Shown: positions 59,529 to 64,000 of the stretch, piece by piece | Numbering within the stretch: the stretch's first letter is position 1 | How the letters are laid out: each line of letters begins with the position of its first letter | From: Candidatus Dormiibacterota bacterium | GTDB taxonomy: Bacteria > Chloroflexota > Dormibacteria > Aeolococcales > Aeolococcaceae | DNA: 64,000 nt | Assembly (NCBI GenBank): GCA_963709585.1 | Contig: CAVPXI010000007.1 | Span: 160,001 to 224,000 of the forward strand | Direction of reading: 5' to 3' | The notes under the pieces: model-generated | Database searches by the model: none | What the model saw: the letters and a program-made list of their open reading frames with translations, nothing else | What the model was told of the DNA's origin: nothing | Position numbers and translations under genes: made by a program

Positions 59529-60736
59529 TCAGCCGAAGGCGAGCACCACCAGCGTCTGATTGTGGAATCCGCTGACGCCGCGAGTGCGCGCAATCTCGCC
59601 GTAGGTGTAGAAGCCGGCAACCGGCGACCCCTGCGAGAACGACCTGATCCGATCGACCTCCTTGCGAATCCCCGTGTCACCGAGAACACCGCGCCGCGCG
59701 ATGCAGTCGAACGCGAGGAAACCAAGCGGCGCGTGTCCCGACAGCCCGTCGACCGCCTGCGAGCAGGCGGTCGCGGTGGCTTGCAGGACCGAATCGGCGT
59801 CGCCCTCCATGATCCATGCCAGGCCGCCCTGTGGAACCTCAGCGATGCAGCCGATGGAGCGGTCGTCGAAATTCGCCTCGGCGATGAAGCGCACCTCCTC
59901 ACCGCTGCGCCTGGCGGAGACCGAACGGATGGGTGAGCGCGAAACGCGTGAACGCCGCGGGGTCGGTGCGCACATCCTCGGGAGCCTCGAGGCGTTCGAG
60001 GTAGACGTCGAGCGCCGGACGGTCGTCGAGCGCGAACACACGAGTTCCCGCTGCTCGAGGTCACCAGGAACGGCGCGCCGACGCGACCCCAGCCATGCTG
60101 GACGCCGATGCCGAAGGGTGCATCGGACGTGATCGCCGCGGCAAGGACGGAATCTTCGAGCACCTCGTCGTCGAAGAGCTGGAAGGTCTTGCGCATGGCG
60201 AGGTCGTCGCCCGCGCAGCCACCGACAAGCGGCACCGACCCGCCGACGACGCTGTAGGCGCCGCGCACCACCTCCTGCTGGTCGCCACCAAGGCCGTCGG
60301 TGAGGAGCAGGAGGATCTGGTTGTCGCCCGCAGCTCCGTTCTCGGCGCAGGTCGCGGCTGTCGCTCCAGCCCGGCGCAGGTCGCTCGAGGCATTGCGTGC
60401 GGCCTTGGTCGTCACCGAGTAGCCGGCGCCACCGATCGCGGTGACGACCACGCTGGCGTCGCTGGGGCCGTCGGTTGCGATCTCGCCAGCGGTGGAGCAG
60501 CCGATCAGCGGGGTGGCGGGCGCGACGCTGCGAATGCCGGTGAGCAGTGCCTGGAGATCGTGGACGGGGGAGACGAAGACGACGAGGAGCTTGGGATCGG
60601 GGCCTCGAAGCGCCGCGGTGGCGGCTTCAATGCCGGCCTGGCGCGAGGCCGTGTCGGTGGAAGAGCCGACGCCGATCCAGCGGTCGTCAGCGCTTGATTC
60701 GGCCGGCTCCACGACCGGTGCGGTGATTGTTTCCAT
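59529..60736 (-). CDS. FIST (NosP-like) signal-transduction protein with two +1 frameshifts (~60045, ~59915)
   Basis: GCSTAGEI, GGCAGD, HGW, 'DCIARR', GFYTYGEI, FHNQT across three frames; GGAGG RBS. Confidence 0.85.
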
Positions 60737-60978
60737 GGGGCGGACACCTCCAATCAGCGAAACCAGGCGCGGGGACTGTGCGGCCGATCCGAGGCGGGGT
60801 CGCCGTTCGGTGCCCACCCTACGGGGTGGTGGGTGCGATCGAGGCGCTGTTTACCGATCGTGACGGAAAGATTGCACGGCCTACCGCAATTCCGATGCAG
60901 ACCCGACTTCCCAATGCGTTGCTACCATTCGCGGCCGACGGAGCGTCAATCGAGCTCTGGCGAAATGGGAGCACAGAC

Positions 60979-61632
60979 ATGGACTTCACCAGGCTGCAGC
61001 AATCCGACGACTATCGGCGTCAGCGCGAGGAGCTGCGGGCTGCCGAGCTGGATCTGATTGACCACGCCGAGCGCGTGGCCGCGCTGCGGCGAACGCTGCC
61101 GGCCGACACTGTTGTCGACGACTACCAGCTGGTCGACGTTGCGAGCGGCGACCGGGTGCGGCTTTCACAACTGTTCAGCGCGCCAGACCGAGCGCTCATC
61201 CTGTACCACTTCATGTACGGCAAGGCTCAGACAGAGGCGTGCCCGTTGTGCACGATGTGGATCGACGGGTACAACGCCGTGACGCCTCACCTCACGCAGA
61301 ACGTCGATTTCGCCGTGGTCGCCGCCGCCGAGCCCGCTGCGCTCAGCGCTCACGCAGCATCGCGCGGCTGGAGCAACCTGCGACTGCTCAGCGCCGGCGA
61401 TAGCACGTTCAAATACGACCTTGGCAGCGAGGAGGCGGACGGCACCCAGACGGAGTGGATCTCGGTGTTCACCCGCAGAGGCGACGGCAGCGTGCGTCAC
61501 ATCTACTCGAAGGGCGCGCAGATGGCCGACAACCGACGCGAGCGCGGTATCGACCTGCTCAGCCCGGTGTGGAACCTCCTTGATCTCACGCCAACCGGCC
61601 GGGGCGACTGGTATCCCTTACTGCACTACTAG
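60979..61632 (+). CDS. DUF899 family thioredoxin-like protein
   Basis: 'YHFMYG..CPLCTMW', 'LDLTPTGRG'. Confidence 0.9.
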   Translation: MDFTRLQQSDDYRRQREELRAAELDLIDHAERVAALRRTLPADTVVDDYQLVDVASGDRVRLSQLFSAPDRALILYHFMYGKAQTEACPLCTMWIDGYNAVTPHLTQNVDFAVVAAAEPAALSAHAASRGWSNLRLLSAGDSTFKYDLGSEEADGTQTEWISVFTRRGDGSVRHIYSKGAQMADNRRERGIDLLSPVWNLLDLTPTGRGDWYPLLHY

Positions 61633-61726
61633 CCCAGCAAGCGGCCCTCGTCGCCGCAGCGATCGTTGCGCGAACGAGCACACGGCATGGGAAAGCGCAT
61701 CAGGCCCGGATTCCGGCACCCGTCGA

Positions 61727-64000
61727 TCAGGCAACCGCTGTGTCGGACTGCGTGCCAGCTTCGAACCCAGACGGTGAGAGGGCAAGGTCCTGTGCGGACA
61801 TCGGCTGGCCGATAAAGTAGCCTTGCGCTAGATCGCATCCAATCGCGGTGAGGAGGTTGAGTGCGTCAAGGTCCTCAATGCCCTCCGCAACCACGCGCAT
61901 GTTCAACTTGTGGCCCAGGGCGATGGTCGCTCGAACCAGGGCCAGATTTCGCTCCGTGTCCCCAGTGGCCAACCGTGTCAGGAAACTGCGGTCGAGCTTC
62001 AATTCGCTAACGGCCAGACTGCCCAGGTAGGCGAGCGACGTGACTCCGGCACCGAAGTCGTCGATCGAGACACCCAATCCGAGGTTCCGCAGCTGCTCAA
62101 TGACGACCTTACAGAGGTCGAAGTCTCTGATGATGGTGGTCTCGGTAATCTCGAGGATTAGTGACGAGGGAGCCATCTCATGGCGCGCGAGAGTGGCGAT
62201 CACGGACTCGCTGAATCCAGCATCGAGCAGGTTTGTCGCCGAAACATTGACGGAGATGGTCAACATCTCACCGGCGGCGTGCCAGGCAGCACATTGTTGA
62301 ACTGCCCGCTCAAGGACGAACGCGGTCAGCGATTGCATGAGCCCGGCTTCCTCGGCGAGAGGAATGAAGTCGAGTGGCGGGATGAGTCCCAGTCGCGGAT
62401 GCGGCCAGCGCACCAATGCTTCCATCGCTGACATCTTTCCGGTGATCAGATCGATCTGCGGCTGGTAGTGCACCTCAAGGTGACCACGGAGAATGGCTTC
62501 GCGCAACTCATCCACGAGGCGCAACCGGTTGCCGTCTTCATCGACGTCGTGCCGGTACACCTCGTAGGTCGATGGGCCGACCTTGGCGCGATACATGGCG
62601 AGATCAGCGCAACGTAGCAGTTCAATGCTATCGGTCGCATCTGTGGGTGCAGTGGCGATGCCGATGCTGGCACCGACGCGAACATTGAGCCGGTCGAGCT
62701 CAAAGGGCTGGTCAAGCTCGGCGATGAGGCGCTGTGCGACCGCCGCAGCATATTCGGAGTCGGTGTCCATGATGAGCACCGCCAATTCATCGCCACCAAC
62801 CCGCACCAGGACATCTGAATCGCGCAGGCGACTGATCAGGCGCGGACCCAGCTGCCTGAGGACTTCGTCGCCGGCTGAGTGCCCGAATGAATCATTGATT
62901 TCTTTGAAATGGTCCAGGTCGACATAGAGCAGGGACAAGCAGGCGGTCAACTGTGTCGGGGTTGGCGTAGTCGGCGAAGAAGGCGTCGAGAAGATTGAAA
63001 AGCTGCCTACGATTGCCCAATCCAGTCAACTCATCAGTAATCGCCTGACGGTGGCGCTTCTCGGTCAGGATTCTCAGCCCGCGCACAGAGAGCGCCAGTC
63101 GAACCCCGACTGCGATCAAGGTCGCTGTGGCAAGTCCAATGGCGACCGGGGTGACCTGCTGATGCAGCGTGTCGACCAACAGTATGGACAGGCCAGCGCA
63201 TGCACCGAGACCCGGGAGCAGAAATCCAGCGGTCCCACTGGTCGCCAATGGGCTGGTTCGCAGGGGACGCACCCAAACTGCACTCGAGATGAGCAAGATC
63301 GCGCATGGCCAGGCGATTCCATTGAGGATCGTCCCTACATGCGACGTCGATCCCGAGCTCGCAAAGAGATTGAAGGTATCGCCGATCGCGGTCAGGCTGA
63401 TGGCGCCGGCAAGCAGCAGCCACTGTGGATTCTTTCGTCCCGGCATGATCGCCGTGCCTCCGACCGCGAGCATGAGCAGTAGACCGTCACCGATCGGATA
63501 CGCAAGATCGGTCGCGACGGTTGTGGCGTTGCCGCCGACGGAATGGAGGATCGTGTTGAAGGCGAAGCAGGCGCACAATGCGGCGGCGCCCAGGCCTGCC
63601 ACAGCCCCGTCGAGCCATGTTGTTAGTCCCATTCGGTTGAGATGCTTGCGCGTGAGCAGTACCAGCGCGACGTATATCAGGGGGTAGAACCCCAACCAGA
63701 ACAGATCGGCGAGTGACGGAACAGGAGGTGTGCCTCCCCCCGCTGACTCAGCTGTAAGGACCGTGTCCCCGATGCTCCAAGAAAGTATCCCGAAACCCAG
63801 CATGAGCGGGACGATTCGGCGACGGGAGCTGAGCGCGCGACCGATACATAGTGCGCTCGCCGCTACCTCGAAGGCGGCGACGCCCCAGCCATCGACAAGT
63901 GTCACCGACTGATTGGGTCCCCTCAGAATCAGCGAGACGAAATAGACGAAGAGCAGTACCCCTAACGCGGCGTAGAGGCCGAGCACCCAACGCGGGACGC
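61727..64000 (-). CDS. Membrane-bound GGDEF-EAL protein (5' partial) with one +1 frameshift at ~62944
   Basis: TM domain and 'TDELTGLGNRR' in one frame; DLDHFK, GGDEL, MEAL, DDFGAG in the next. Confidence 0.85.

Noticed and set aside
57185-60817. 1210-aa FIST-GGDEF-EAL fusion ORF in the track
   Set aside because: The junction is out-of-frame sequence caused by two insertions; FIST_C ends at its own stop (59529) and the cyclase starts separately.
25840-62950. Genome decay or programmed frameshifting
   Set aside because: Motifs are otherwise intact, there are no slippery heptamers, and the lesions share sequence context.

Overview
High-GC bacterial chromosomal segment; codon style and gene families look Actinomycetota- or Dormibacterota/Chloroflexota-like (inference). 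I see no rRNA, tRNA, CRISPR or mobile element. Contents: three very large STAND-ATPase/TPR regulators (two with BTAD), two small AraC plus VOC modules, an ABC-F ATPase, TetR/MFS, orn, a PotABCD-type ABC transporter, transaldolase-iolB, an ECF sigma/Rieske/DoxX/lipoprotein locus, gdh-agmatinase-NCS1-amidase, ArsR-SRPBCC, Crp, a cupredoxin, acs, and four GGDEF-EAL genes within about 17 kb. The best candidate for an undescribed system is the minus-strand run FIST sensor > GAF-GGDEF-EAL > (c-di-GMP-I-like leader RNA) > secreted S8 protease ending in 12 codon-diversified G[AS]SWS repeats > membrane GAF-GGDEF-EAL. Eight reading-frame disruptions occur in six genes. Six sit at or next to GANTC-derived sites and two at CCGC, which suggests methylation-linked base-calling errors rather than true pseudogenes.
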